Below, piece after piece: positions 54,201 to 64,000 of a stretch of 64,000 nt of DNA. The stretch comes from a virus, in IMG/VR virus record IMGVR_UViG_3300042389_001478, positions 1-64,000 of that record; one strand, 5' to 3'. The position numbers and the translations under genes were made by a program. How positions within the stretch are numbered: the first letter of the stretch is position 1; the number at the start of each line of letters is the position of its first letter. A model generated the notes under the pieces. The model was not told the origin of the DNA. It did no database searches and saw only the letters and a list, made by a program, of their open reading frames with translations.

Positions 54201-57200
54201 ATGGCCACATTATTTTTTGAAGGATTTGAAAAAGGCGTTATTTTAAATAGCCTAGATTCTAGCTATTGGTCTAGCCAATTTAAAAGATTTCCCCAATATA
54301 GTTTTGGTGGATATGTACCATACACAGATCCTTCTCGTAGCTATTATGTTAATTATGCTTCAATATCTCCTAATAATGGAATACTACCTGATATAAGTTA
54401 TACTAATAGTTATTTAAACAGCAACAACGGAATATATTATCCCGGCAATGGTTATCCAGGATTTGGACAACCTCCAGGATTTTTGGCATTAACCAATGTA
54501 GAAGTTGAAAATCCAGACTCAGTAGAATATCCAACATATCTACAAATTAGCGGATTTCCCAATGCCAATGGGAATAAAACTTACTTTGGATTTAGGTCCT
54601 TAGGACTAGAAAGTAAGCACAGAGATTACTCAGACTATCCTCATGCTCACACTCTATTTTCTTTGTGTAGTGGCAATATTACCGGATTGGTGGTTAATGT
54701 GGTAAAACCAACAGGAAATACCTTAGCCTCTCTGAATAATGAAAAAACCACACTAGCCCTAGAAATACAGCAAAACAATCAATCAATTGGCTTTTTTGAT
54801 CTTAATATTTCGGGTGTACTCAGTAGATATCGAGTAGCATCAGTATTCTCTACAGGAAATAAAGTATTAACAATAGCAGATACTGTTGCTGGAAATGACA
54901 TAAACCGAGAGGATGCCTTAATAACTAGATGGATTCATTCTGAATTTTTAATAGATGATTCTAATCCCTCGCAGTCTTACTTATCAATTAAGCTGGAAGG
55001 TACTGACCTAGGCATTATTAATAATGATATAGAGAATAGAAATGACTGGGATATTGAGTTGCCAATTAGTGGTTTTAAATTCAACAATATTAAATTTTAT
55101 AATAGAACATATTCTTCTACATTAGAACAAAATATCACCTACGGAGGTGCGGGTGGCTACTATAGTTGGCCTGCGATGCAACCCGCTTCTAGATATTATC
55201 TTCATGGGAAAGCATGGCTATTAGACGATATTACTTTGATAGATAACGCTGGAGATCCATCTTTTTATGTTGGCCCAACAGCTAAGATACTATCATTCAA
55301 CCCTGGATATTATACTGGTGGATATGAAGGACCTAATTTAAGAGATAATGTTGGAGAAACTGATGGAGTATTAGATTGGACTTCTACTGCTGTAGTTAAT
55401 GATGGTTTCTCTTTCGGGAGCCCGACTAATCCATCGCCAAGCACTCGCAAGGCTTTATTGGCTATAGATAATGCTAATGTTATAGAATCAGTTACCAGTG
55501 GCAATATTGCAGCAGTAAATATGAACCCCCTATATCTTAAGTTTTTAAACGTTTCTGACGACGTGGTTTCGTATGACCCAGGATCAGCATGGAGATGGGG
55601 ATTAAATGATGCTGTTGGAGGAATGAAAGTATACAATACTGCTCGCAAAAACTATTTGGATACTAAATTTATTAATGTTTTTCGTTCAGGAGTTAGTGAT
55701 TCATTAGAAAATAATGTTTCTCTATTACTCCATGCGGACTCTGCTCCAATAGTAGACTCCACTAAATTTCCTAAAGCAGTTAATAGTAATAGCGTTTTAG
55801 TTAGAGGAGACAAATTCAAGTTTGGCGGAGGAAGTTTGTATTTCTCCAATAAAGACTCTTCTTTGTCTGTTAGTCACCCAGACTTAGGAAATAGTCCTTT
55901 TACCATAGAAGCTTGGATATATTTCCAAAATCATTCGCAAATAGTAGCATTATTTGATAAGACCCCAGCCAACTGGCCTTTAAAACCATATGAAAATACA
56001 ACTTATGAAATTCCTGGTCAAGGAACATTTCAAGCACCCTACTATAGTTTTGCGGCAAATACTAGCGGTATTATTTTCAAGAATAGAGACTACTGCGATA
56101 AGATCTTACCTTTTGATGCTATCGCAGAAACAGGAGTCTGGAACCATGTTGCTATCAGCAGAACATCAGACTCTAATCTAGTATGTTATTTAAATGGGAT
56201 TAAGGGAAATTTATATAATGTTTGTAATTGCGATTCTCAACTTTATCTGAGAACAAATGAATATCAAGGAACATCTAATGATATTTATTCGTTAAATACT
56301 TTATATAGTAGTAATTTAACTTCTGTTTATAATTTAACTATTGGTAAGCCAAGGACCTCTCTGCTTAAAGATTCTTATTATAATAATGTTTCACTGTTAT
56401 TAAAATCAGAAAATAGCGCTATTACAGACTATTCTTCAAATCCTAAAACTATTTCTAATAGCGGGGTTGTTTTATCTTATGATCATTCAATATTTGGAGA
56501 CCGAAGTCTCAAGTTGACTAATAGTAGTTATTTAAGTTGTAATAATTCTTCGGATTTTAATTTTGGTAGCGATAATTTCACGATAGAATTTTGGGTTTAT
56601 CTTGGGGATCCTAATCCTACTAATTTTACCCAGCGATCACTATTTAGTAGTAACAGTATTAATATCGATTTTAGAAGAACAAACACCAACGATTGCACCG
56701 GCAATAACGGTAGTACTTATGGTATGCTAGTATATGTTTTGGATAGTCAAGCAAATGCATATTATTTGACTAGGGGATGTAGCGGAACTTGGTGGCAGAA
56801 TATTGGTAACCCCTACTATGCTTGGGATCAACTTAAATACCCATGGGTACATATTAGTATAGTCAGAATCAATGGTATGATGTATGCATATGTTAATGGT
56901 AGTACAGCTATAGGAAATAGTGATCCTATAGCATATTCTGCAAATATACCATTTAATATTGATGTTAATAATTTTACTCTAGGATCCAGTTCTCCTGGCA
57001 ATTCCTTGAATTGTTATTTGGATAATTTTAGAATTACTAAGGGAATTGCTAGATATGCCACCAGAGCCAATAGCTTCAGTCCTCCGTATCAACCTTTTGG
57101 TACTAATGTTACAATACCAACAGATCCTGGGGCATTTATAGACGATTATAGAATTACTTATGGCGCAAATAGATATACTGATAATTTCACACCACCAGAC

Positions 57201-57371
57201 TATCCTCTTAGAGCAGAAAGAGACGACTATTATGATATAGGCCCAGTACATAATGTTAATAAAACCACCTATAGGAATTATCAGTATTACTCATATAAAA
57301 ATCCTGCCACTAACCAAAATTGGACGATGCCTCAAATTAATAATTTGATTTTTGGAGTGAAAAAGCTATGA
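54201..57371 (+). CDS. large virion protein with two nested LamG domains
   Basis: FTIEAWIY...WNHVAISR...YLNG and FTIEFWVY...WVHISIVR...YVNG...DNFRITKG. Confidence 0.85.
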   Translation: MATLFFEGFEKGVILNSLDSSYWSSQFKRFPQYSFGGYVPYTDPSRSYYVNYASISPNNGILPDISYTNSYLNSNNGIYYPGNGYPGFGQPPGFLALTNVEVENPDSVEYPTYLQISGFPNANGNKTYFGFRSLGLESKHRDYSDYPHAHTLFSLCSGNITGLVVNVVKPTGNTLASLNNEKTTLALEIQQNNQSIGFFDLNISGVLSRYRVASVFSTGNKVLTIADTVAGNDINREDALITRWIHSEFLIDDSNPSQSYLSIKLEGTDLGIINNDIENRNDWDIELPISGFKFNNIKFYNRTYSSTLEQNITYGGAGGYYSWPAMQPASRYYLHGKAWLLDDITLIDNAGDPSFYVGPTAKILSFNPGYYTGGYEGPNLRDNVGETDGVLDWTSTAVVNDGFSFGSPTNPSPSTRKALLAIDNANVIESVTSGNIAAVNMNPLYLKFLNVSDDVVSYDPGSAWRWGLNDAVGGMKVYNTARKNYLDTKFINVFRSGVSDSLENNVSLLLHADSAPIVDSTKFPKAVNSNSVLVRGDKFKFGGGSLYFSNKDSSLSVSHPDLGNSPFTIEAWIYFQNHSQIVALFDKTPANWPLKPYENTTYEIPGQGTFQAPYYSFAANTSGIIFKNRDYCDKILPFDAIAETGVWNHVAISRTSDSNLVCYLNGIKGNLYNVCNCDSQLYLRTNEYQGTSNDIYSLNTLYSSNLTSVYNLTIGKPRTSLLKDSYYNNVSLLLKSENSAITDYSSNPKTISNSGVVLSYDHSIFGDRSLKLTNSSYLSCNNSSDFNFGSDNFTIEFWVYLGDPNPTNFTQRSLFSSNSINIDFRRTNTNDCTGNNGSTYGMLVYVLDSQANAYYLTRGCSGTWWQNIGNPYYAWDQLKYPWVHISIVRINGMMYAYVNGSTAIGNSDPIAYSANIPFNIDVNNFTLGSSSPGNSLNCYLDNFRITKGIARYATRANSFSPPYQPFGTNVTIPTDPGAFIDDYRITYGANRYTDNFTPPDYPLRAERDDYYDIGPVHNVNKTTYRNYQYYSYKNPATNQNWTMPQINNLIFGVKKL

Positions 57372-58303
57372 GCGATTTTACCAGAATCAGATTACGACGA
57401 GCTAGTTCAACGGAATGGCTGGCTGTTGATCCATTACTATCTTTGGGAGAAGCCGGATACGAAACTGATACTAAAAAACTCAAAATTGGTGATGGTAATA
57501 ATATTTGGTCATTGTTAGACTACGTTAAAGTAGATACATCAGAAATAGTTTTTCCTTCAATACAGCTTGGAATTTCTGATGGTACAGATCAACGAATGGG
57601 AATTAACTTATCTCAAAATGAGTCATTCAATATTGTTGGTTCTGGAGGAACTGATGTTCTGTATGATGACTATACCAAAACATTGACTATAAAAAGCTTA
57701 GGCGACGGATCTTCATTAAGCAGAAATGATATCCTGAATGCATTAGGATATATTCCACATAGATCTGGTAACTATAGTTCAGTCGATCATAATCATAGCA
57801 TATCTAACATTAGTGGACTACAAGCTATTCTGGACAGCAAACAATCTAGTGGCAACTATGCGTCAGGGAATCATACTCACTCTATGAGCATCGGAAATGG
57901 AACATACAACACCATATCATATAGCGTTGGAGAAACCTTAAACGTTATTGGTAGCGGCTATACCTCAGTATTATTTGATGAATATACAAATAGTATAACT
58001 ATATATTCTACTGGTAATAGCGGTGTGATTTCATTAAATAATAGAGCGGGCGATGTTATTCTTAATTTTACTGATATTACAAACGCCATAGGATATGTTC
58101 CACAGCCTGTCGGATCATATTCGTTGTCCAGTCATAATCATTATGCTTCTGGTCTACTTCAATTAGAAAATATCTTTGAACAAAAAACCATAGGTAGCGC
58201 TGGTGCTTCTGGAGTAGCTGGTCAAATTTGCTGGGATCCAGCATATTTATATCTTTGCATCTCAACAAATTCATGGCATAGAATCCCACATTCTGGCTGG
58301 TAA
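57368..58303 (+). CDS. fibre protein with Mtd_N-like head
   Basis: RIRLRRASSTEW...GEAGYETDTKKLKIGDG; C-terminal GQICWD..YLYLC motif also present in 31697. Confidence 0.8.
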   Translation: MSDFTRIRLRRASSTEWLAVDPLLSLGEAGYETDTKKLKIGDGNNIWSLLDYVKVDTSEIVFPSIQLGISDGTDQRMGINLSQNESFNIVGSGGTDVLYDDYTKTLTIKSLGDGSSLSRNDILNALGYIPHRSGNYSSVDHNHSISNISGLQAILDSKQSSGNYASGNHTHSMSIGNGTYNTISYSVGETLNVIGSGYTSVLFDEYTNSITIYSTGNSGVISLNNRAGDVILNFTDITNAIGYVPQPVGSYSLSSHNHYASGLLQLENIFEQKTIGSAGASGVAGQICWDPAYLYLCISTNSWHRIPHSGW

Positions 58304-58312
58304 AAGCATAAT

Positions 58313-58325
58313 GTGTATTTAATAG
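58313..58325 (+). promoter_or_regulatory. candidate late promoter
   Basis: GTGTATTTAATAG upstream of 58353. Confidence 0.5.
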
Positions 58326-58352
58326 TAACTTAATTTATATAGGAATATTATT

Positions 58353-58883
58353 ATGGCCAATCCTTTTGACTCACTAATTTCCCCACTATTCAAAGATACT
58401 TTTAATAAGGCCATAGACGCACTGTTGGCTGACAATGCTCTCACAGTTCCATGCACATTAAATTACGCTTCTTCGAATAGATCATTATGTAATAACTGTA
58501 TTTTTGACCCAATTTCACAAAGATCTCTGAATCAATATAATAATGTTGGACCAGCTCCATTTGCTGCTAATAGCATTTGTCCAGTGTGTAATGGATATGG
58601 ACTACTTGATAAAGCAAAAACAGAAAGCGTTTACTTGGCTGTACTTTTTGATAGTAAATACTGGTTTAATTGGAATAATAAAGATGCTATCAATATACCA
58701 GACGGATCAGTCCAGACTGTTTGCAACATATCATTATTGCCAAAACTTAAAAATTCTCAATCTATGACCATGGATACGAATATTCAGAATTATGGAAATT
58801 ATTCATATGCTATTGCTGGAGACCCTCAACCATGTGGTCTTGGAAATAATAGATATATTATAACTATGTGGAGCAGAGCATGA
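58353..58883 (+). CDS. head-closure/neck protein with Zn-finger insert
   Basis: CNNC...CPVCNGYG; position before neck and tail tube genes. Confidence 0.55.
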   Translation: MANPFDSLISPLFKDTFNKAIDALLADNALTVPCTLNYASSNRSLCNNCIFDPISQRSLNQYNNVGPAPFAANSICPVCNGYGLLDKAKTESVYLAVLFDSKYWFNWNNKDAINIPDGSVQTVCNISLLPKLKNSQSMTMDTNIQNYGNYSYAIAGDPQPCGLGNNRYIITMWSRA

Positions 58884-59524
58884 AGCTGGAAATGAAATTA
58901 TTGGAATCAAATGCGGACATAGAAAATATGATTTTATCAGGCATTAGAGATAATATAGATCAAGCATTTAATAAGGCTCTTAAAAATTTACAAAGGTCTA
59001 TTCCTCTTGAGATACAAAGAGCGATCACATCCGAACCAGAATATCAGTCCTTAATTGGCGGAGTCTTACAATATGAGCTTGGCATCCCGGACGCAGGTAA
59101 AAAGGTAAATAATATTGTTAATATATGGACGAATAATTTTAATGTTGAAGTTTCTCCAATATCAATAAGGGGAGCTGGAATTACTGGTGGTTTTAGTATT
59201 AATATGATAAAAGAGAACTATGAAGATGTATTAAGCAGTGCGGATGCTTTTGTAATAGATGACGCTAAATCATTAAAGTTACCCTGGCTAGAGTGGCTCT
59301 TATTATATGGTGGTAAAATTATAGTAAGAAGCTATGAAGTTAAGGTGGGACCAAATCCACACTCACGAACCGGATTAGCTATCATGAAACCGTCAAAAAA
59401 GAACTGGAGAGTTCCAGCAGAATTTTCTGGCACACGAGAGAATAACTGGGTTACCAGAGCCTTAGACAGACTAGACGATTCCATTCCCAACCTTATACAA
59501 ACAGAAATTGAGAAGAACACATGA
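58880..59524 (+). CDS. neck/tail-completion protein
   Basis: ATGA overlap; WLEWLLLYG and GTRENNWVTRAL motifs resemble HK97 gp10-like proteins. Confidence 0.5.
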   Translation: MKLEMKLLESNADIENMILSGIRDNIDQAFNKALKNLQRSIPLEIQRAITSEPEYQSLIGGVLQYELGIPDAGKKVNNIVNIWTNNFNVEVSPISIRGAGITGGFSINMIKENYEDVLSSADAFVIDDAKSLKLPWLEWLLLYGGKIIVRSYEVKVGPNPHSRTGLAIMKPSKKNWRVPAEFSGTRENNWVTRALDRLDDSIPNLIQTEIEKNT

Positions 59525-60942
59525 GTTGCAAAAATAACTACAGGATAAATGGAGCAACTAATTGGAGAAATATTGGAGGATCTGGCGGAATAGGAGGCTT
59601 GTCTCCATTAAACACCAATATATATATAGATAATACCAACGGAGAAAGTTTAGAGATATCAGCATCTGGTTTTATAGATCTTTATGGAGATGGATCAAAG
59701 GGAACAACCGGCCCAAACGGATATTTGTCAACAATATCTCCGGTAGACCCCGAGACTGGATTTAACGGCGGGGCCCTATTAGGCAAAATAGGAATAGACG
59801 GACCTCCGTTTTTAATAGGAAGTAATTATAATAATATTCCAAGCTCATCTGGTTTCCTATATTTAGGAATTTCAGATCTTAATTCGTCTTTGGGTTATTC
59901 GGATAATACTGGATGTTTTGACATTACTATACAATATAAAAATTGTGGAAACGATCTGAGTAATTGTGAAAATTGCTGTCCTGAATCTACAAATTATACT
60001 AAGTTTAATAATGTAGAAAGCATAGGAGACAATTATTTAGTAACAACACTTGAAGAAAATATTAAAAGCTTCCTTGATTGGGGTTTTCTTAATATTGGTG
60101 GATTTGTTAATATAAAGACACCGACAAGCGGCTTATATGGAGGGAATTTTAGTGATTTAAAAGTTTCCGACCAACCAGGATATTTAAATGGCCAAGTATG
60201 GCAAAGTCCCAAGAAAGAATGGATATGGGAAAACGGAGTATCCTATGAAGGATCCTCTCCAATTAATATCTCGGGAGTTAGAGTATCCAACGTATTCTAT
60301 CCTACCCCAACAGGAAGCGGATCAGTAGGATACTATATTAATTATCCAATGGGCAATGTTGTTTTTAACAAACCCATCCCAGCCTCCGCTTCTGTCAAAT
60401 TAGAATATTCATATAGATGGTGTCAGGTATATAAAAGTAGTACCGACCCATATTTGTCCGAATTACAAGGAATGACGTATGAGCCAGCCCCCGCTATTAA
60501 TCAAAAGGACAAGGGAGACTATAGCCTATCTTCTAACCATAGAGTACAAATGCCCTGTATTATTATTGAGCCTATTGCTAGAAGTTTCTCTCATCCTTGG
60601 CAATTAGGAGCATATGATTTTTTAATAGACCAAGATATTTTATTGCATGTTTTTACAGAAAACGCAATTGACAAAAATACTATTTCGGATATTATTAGAC
60701 TACAGAAACAAAAAACAATTTGGTTATATGATGTTAAAAAAGCGGTCAAAAATGGAGTTAATCCATTAGATTATCGTGGGTCACTTAATAATAATGGTAA
60801 AAACTACCACGATTTAGTAACTAATATTGATTATAGATGGAAAAAATGCCACTTTAAAGAGGTTATTTTCTCTGAGATGGAAAGCAAAAATAAAAATTTA
60901 TATTGGTGTACAATAAGGTTGACTACCGAAGTTATCATTTAA
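59521..60942 (+). CDS. tail terminator-like protein with N-terminal LecA/PA-IL-like domain
   Basis: ISASG...GPNG...GALLGKIG...FLIG...LYLGISD...DNTG motif; C-terminal MPCIIIEP...QDILLHVF terminator-like region; precedes the tail tube gene. Confidence 0.55.
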   Translation: MSCKNNYRINGATNWRNIGGSGGIGGLSPLNTNIYIDNTNGESLEISASGFIDLYGDGSKGTTGPNGYLSTISPVDPETGFNGGALLGKIGIDGPPFLIGSNYNNIPSSSGFLYLGISDLNSSLGYSDNTGCFDITIQYKNCGNDLSNCENCCPESTNYTKFNNVESIGDNYLVTTLEENIKSFLDWGFLNIGGFVNIKTPTSGLYGGNFSDLKVSDQPGYLNGQVWQSPKKEWIWENGVSYEGSSPINISGVRVSNVFYPTPTGSGSVGYYINYPMGNVVFNKPIPASASVKLEYSYRWCQVYKSSTDPYLSELQGMTYEPAPAINQKDKGDYSLSSNHRVQMPCIIIEPIARSFSHPWQLGAYDFLIDQDILLHVFTENAIDKNTISDIIRLQKQKTIWLYDVKKAVKNGVNPLDYRGSLNNNGKNYHDLVTNIDYRWKKCHFKEVIFSEMESKNKNLYWCTIRLTTEVII

Positions 60943-60973
60943 TTCTTCTTAAAAAAATAGTGGAGACTAAACC

Positions 60974-62056
60974 ATGGCCAACAATCGTATTTTTTATGCA
61001 TGTCAAGCTGTTCAACTTAATGGTCCATCGGGCACGAAAGCTGGCGAGGGTACCACAGCTGCTACCAATGCTGATTGGGATACAGTACAGGGTTTGCAAA
61101 GCGTTGGTATGAACACCAACTTTAACCTTGAGCCAATTTATCAGCTTGGTCAAATTGAACTATATGATAACTACGAAGAAATTCCAGAAGTGGAAATTAC
61201 CTTAAATAAGGCTCTTGATGGTTTCCCCACTCTTTATCAAATGACAATGGGCACCGGTGACCTAGCTAGTTTGGCTAATAATCGTTGTGGTGTAAGACTA
61301 CTACTATATCCTGATACCAATACAGCTGCTACCGGAGTACCTACAGCTGAGGTTGGATGTACTCCTGCTTACTTGTCTTCGGTCAGCTATACATTTCCAA
61401 CAGAAGGTAATTTCACAGAAGAAGTTACTCTTGTTAGTAATGATAAAGTTTGGACAACTGGAACCAATACTGCAATCAGCGCTAGACCAGTAGTTGATGC
61501 TCCAAGTGGCGTTGGTATTCTTCGTCGTGGCCTCTGGAACAAGTCTCTTACTGTTCTTCCAACCGGAGGCTCCAATGTGAGCATGGAAAAACGATCAATT
61601 AGTGGCGGTATTCCAGACGGAGCCAAGATCAGTAGTGTTAAGGTCAGCATGAACCTTGGTCGTGAACAAATTCGTGAACTTGGTAGCAGAACTCCTTACT
61701 ATCGTTATGTCAAGTTCCCTGTTGAGGTTTCAACAGAAATTGAAGTAACAGCCAATAATGGAGATCTTGTTGGAGCAGCCGGATCGAGCGACACAGCATG
61801 CAACAATCCCAAAGCTCTAACAAATAAAGAGATCAAGATTGCTCTTTGCGACGGTACCGTGATCGACCTAGGCAAGAAGAACAAGCTCACAACAGTAAAC
61901 TATACTGGTGGTGATACTGGTGGTGGTAATGCTACGATCACCTATAGCTATAGAACATATAGCGAGTTCACATATACTGCCCCAACCAGCGGTGTTGGTC
62001 AAACAGGTAGTGATGTGATTGAAGGCAATCTACCAGTTCCTGGTACCGACTTCTAA
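60974..62056 (+). CDS. major tail tube protein
   Basis: MANNRIFYACQAV, GLQSVGMNTNFNLE..YQLGQIE, MNLGREQIRELG; highly expressed-type codon usage. Confidence 0.75.
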   Translation: MANNRIFYACQAVQLNGPSGTKAGEGTTAATNADWDTVQGLQSVGMNTNFNLEPIYQLGQIELYDNYEEIPEVEITLNKALDGFPTLYQMTMGTGDLASLANNRCGVRLLLYPDTNTAATGVPTAEVGCTPAYLSSVSYTFPTEGNFTEEVTLVSNDKVWTTGTNTAISARPVVDAPSGVGILRRGLWNKSLTVLPTGGSNVSMEKRSISGGIPDGAKISSVKVSMNLGREQIRELGSRTPYYRYVKFPVEVSTEIEVTANNGDLVGAAGSSDTACNNPKALTNKEIKIALCDGTVIDLGKKNKLTTVNYTGGDTGGGNATITYSYRTYSEFTYTAPTSGVGQTGSDVIEGNLPVPGTDF

Positions 62057-62101
62057 TAGTAGACTGATAATTAACAAAAGATACAAGGCTCGGGGAAAGA
62101 A

Positions 62102-62254
62102 ATGGAAGAAATATTTTCAACAATCGGTAAATTATATCTAGACTTATTACAAAGTCAAAAAATTATAGAAGGCCTGCAAAAAAAGGTAGACAATCTTGAA
62201 AAAGACCTATCTAATCTGCAGGCTTCTATTATTTCACGAGAAAATCAAGTGTGA
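62102..62254 (+). CDS. 50-aa coiled-coil protein (not in ORF track)
   Basis: MEEIFSTIGKLYLDLL...ENQV; stop overlaps the GTG start of the next gene. Confidence 0.6.
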   Translation: MEEIFSTIGKLYLDLLQSQKIIEGLQKKVDNLEKDLSNLQASIISRENQV

Positions 62255-63282
62255 ATGATTCAAGGAAAAATGAAGCATTAGTTCATAGAATATTATCAGG
62301 AAAACAAATCTTTGTTCATCAGGATAATACGTATGAACTTAGAAAGCCGTCCTTATCTTTAAAAATGAGGGGCGACTTATTATATGAGACAACTTATCAG
62401 GATCATATTTATGATAATTTTTGGTTCTTAGAGGATATTGATATTTTATTATTTGATTTACAGCTTTTGTCTCCTAACTATAAAGAATCGCTATCTAAGC
62501 TAGAAAAAAACTTAGAAAAAACTAAGATTAATCTTTTTCAACAGTATTTTGATACCACAAAAAGAAAAAAGATAAAACAGAGAATCCAAGACTTAAAAGA
62601 TAATATTGATAGTATTTATAGCCAACAACACTCTCTAGATTTTTTAACACTAGAGCATTATTGTGATAATATTAAAAATGAGCTTATTATAAGTCGTACT
62701 CTTTATTTTTACGATTCTGAAGAATTAGTATTTGAACAAAATATAGACTCTAATCTTTTTAATCAGATCGTAACACAAATATCAAAGAATATGATTAGTT
62801 TACCATCATATAAAAAAGTTGCTCGTAGTGATTATTGGAGAAACTATTGGAATAATAATAAAACTAATATTTTAGACGAACCAGTTAAAGAATGGTCAGA
62901 AGAACAAAAAAGTTTGATAAATATTTCTTATATGTATGATAAGATATATGAGCATCCGGGATGTCCAAAAGATGATATTATTGATGACGATGACGCATTA
63001 GACGGATGGATGTTATTCCAAAAACAAGAAAATGAAAGACAAAAGAAAGAAAAGGGTGTAGAAAGTATATTGAGTGGGAATATGAAAAATGCAAATGAAG
63101 TATTCTTGATGGCTGGAAACAAGGAACAGGCACAGAATGTTTTGGACCTTAATTCAGAAGGATCACTAGCTACTTTACAGCAAAAACTTGGTTTTATAAA
63201 TTCTAGTTCTACGCCAGTTAGAGATGCTCAGTTACCCGACGTTAAACAAAGATTAATGCAGCAATTACAGGAAAGAGGATAA
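62251..63282 (+). CDS. tail assembly chaperone-like protein
   Basis: 343 aa helical protein after the tube gene; DDIIDDDDALDGW motif. Confidence 0.45.
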   Translation: MNDSRKNEALVHRILSGKQIFVHQDNTYELRKPSLSLKMRGDLLYETTYQDHIYDNFWFLEDIDILLFDLQLLSPNYKESLSKLEKNLEKTKINLFQQYFDTTKRKKIKQRIQDLKDNIDSIYSQQHSLDFLTLEHYCDNIKNELIISRTLYFYDSEELVFEQNIDSNLFNQIVTQISKNMISLPSYKKVARSDYWRNYWNNNKTNILDEPVKEWSEEQKSLINISYMYDKIYEHPGCPKDDIIDDDDALDGWMLFQKQENERQKKEKGVESILSGNMKNANEVFLMAGNKEQAQNVLDLNSEGSLATLQQKLGFINSSSTPVRDAQLPDVKQRLMQQLQERG

Positions 63283-63284
63283 AT

Positions 63285-63605
63285 ATGGATAATGATATGT
63301 ATAATCCAGACAGACTACAATTTTATATGAAAAGAAGAATTCAAACCACAATGATTGGCGCCTTGGCTCGCATGGAGCGTCATTTTGGATTTCTGTGGGG
63401 ACAGAACAAAGAGGGCGAATTGACTCCAGAAGAAGAAAACTTTGCTGATATCTGGGATTTTACCAGAAATGAAATTCTAAACCATGGAAATAAACAAATG
63501 AGAGAAGTGGCTGATGACTTTTATGAATATGGTGGTTTATTTAAAAACAAATACCATTACAACTTTAGAGTAGTTCAAGATAATCAAAAAAGGAAGGATA
63601 ATTAA
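63285..63605 (+). CDS. hypothetical protein
   Basis: 106-aa ORF, tightly packed. Confidence 0.7.
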   Translation: MDNDMYNPDRLQFYMKRRIQTTMIGALARMERHFGFLWGQNKEGELTPEEENFADIWDFTRNEILNHGNKQMREVADDFYEYGGLFKNKYHYNFRVVQDNQKRKDN

Positions 63606-63606
63606 T

Positions 63607-64000
63607 ATGAAGACCGAAAATTTTAGTACAGTAGTAGGTGGGACAGAAAAGCATTTTGTGGTTAGATCTCCGTCATTAAATGACCAGAGAGAGGCCCAGA
63701 AGGCTTATAATCAAGCTTTTACGGACGCTATTAAAAGCAAGAGTATCGTAAGAGCCAAGATGGACGATCTTTTAGAAGAGCAAGGACTGTGGGACAGAGA
63801 GAAACAGGCCAAGTTCACCAACCTGCAACAAGAACTTCTTGATGGCGAAAAGAGATTAGCCAAGGGTGGTTTCGGTATTTCAGAGGCCAGAAATTTGGCC
63901 CTTAAGATGAAAGAAGTTCGTTCTGAGATACGAGAACTAATTAGTGTCAGAACATCTCTTGATAATCATAGTGCTGAAGGTCAAGCTGATAATGCTAGAT
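63607..64000 (+). CDS. tail chaperone-like protein (partial, runs off the window)
   Basis: Open from ATG 63607 (MKTENFSTVV...VRSPSLNDQREAQ); loosely resembles the 62251 protein. Confidence 0.6.
   Translation, partial: MKTENFSTVVGGTEKHFVVRSPSLNDQREAQKAYNQAFTDAIKSKSIVRAKMDDLLEEQGLWDREKQAKFTNLQQELLDGEKRLAKGGFGISEARNLALKMKEVRSEIRELISVRTSLDNHSAEGQADNAR

Noticed and set aside
21543-58303. Diversity-generating retroelement suggested by Mtd_N-like domains
   Set aside because: No reverse transcriptase, and I saw no TR/VR pair with adenine-only mismatches; the internal repeats differ at all bases.
1-64000. Stop-codon reassignment, tRNA/rRNA genes, introns or inteins, tail sheath
   Set aside because: Long ORFs are intact in code 11. 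I recognised no RNA genes, no Hint/LAGLIDADG insertion in TerL, and no sheath gene in this window.

Overview
This window is part of a large dsDNA tailed phage genome in the standard genetic code. The host is probably a planctomycete, inferred from a LEPRxLL-like leader on a phage subtilase. No database search was possible, so family names come from motif recognition only. (1) 1-7.5 kb is a minus-strand early/accessory region of about 20 small genes, several very acidic. It is punctuated roughly every 1.1-1.2 kb by a strictly conserved 82-bp double-dyad element (29-24-29 bp; seven copies, one inverted). Associated with it are sigma54-consensus boxes, a separate 22-bp dyad, and at least 13 sigma70-type promoters. 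(2) 7.6-10 kb holds an S8 protease, a secreted Pro-rich protein and a Myb/AT-hook protein. (3) 10-21 kb on the plus strand holds a sigma-like factor with a Cys insert, gmd, HNH and ERCC4 nucleases, TerL, portal, protease/scaffold, decoration protein and major capsid protein. (4) 21-58 kb is an unusually large set of fibre/adhesin genes: Mtd_N, LamG, FN3, Gly-rich, cadherin/Ig, GDPH-motif mucin-like Thr-rich proteins and a 4221-aa giant ending in a cupredoxin-like domain, plus a CxC/CxxC/GT2 mini-operon. (5) 58-64 kb holds neck, tail tube and chaperone-like genes. The two strongest candidate novel systems are the periodic double-dyad/sigma54 cassette array and a possible phage-encoded glycosylation and disulfide maturation system for mucin-like virion proteins.
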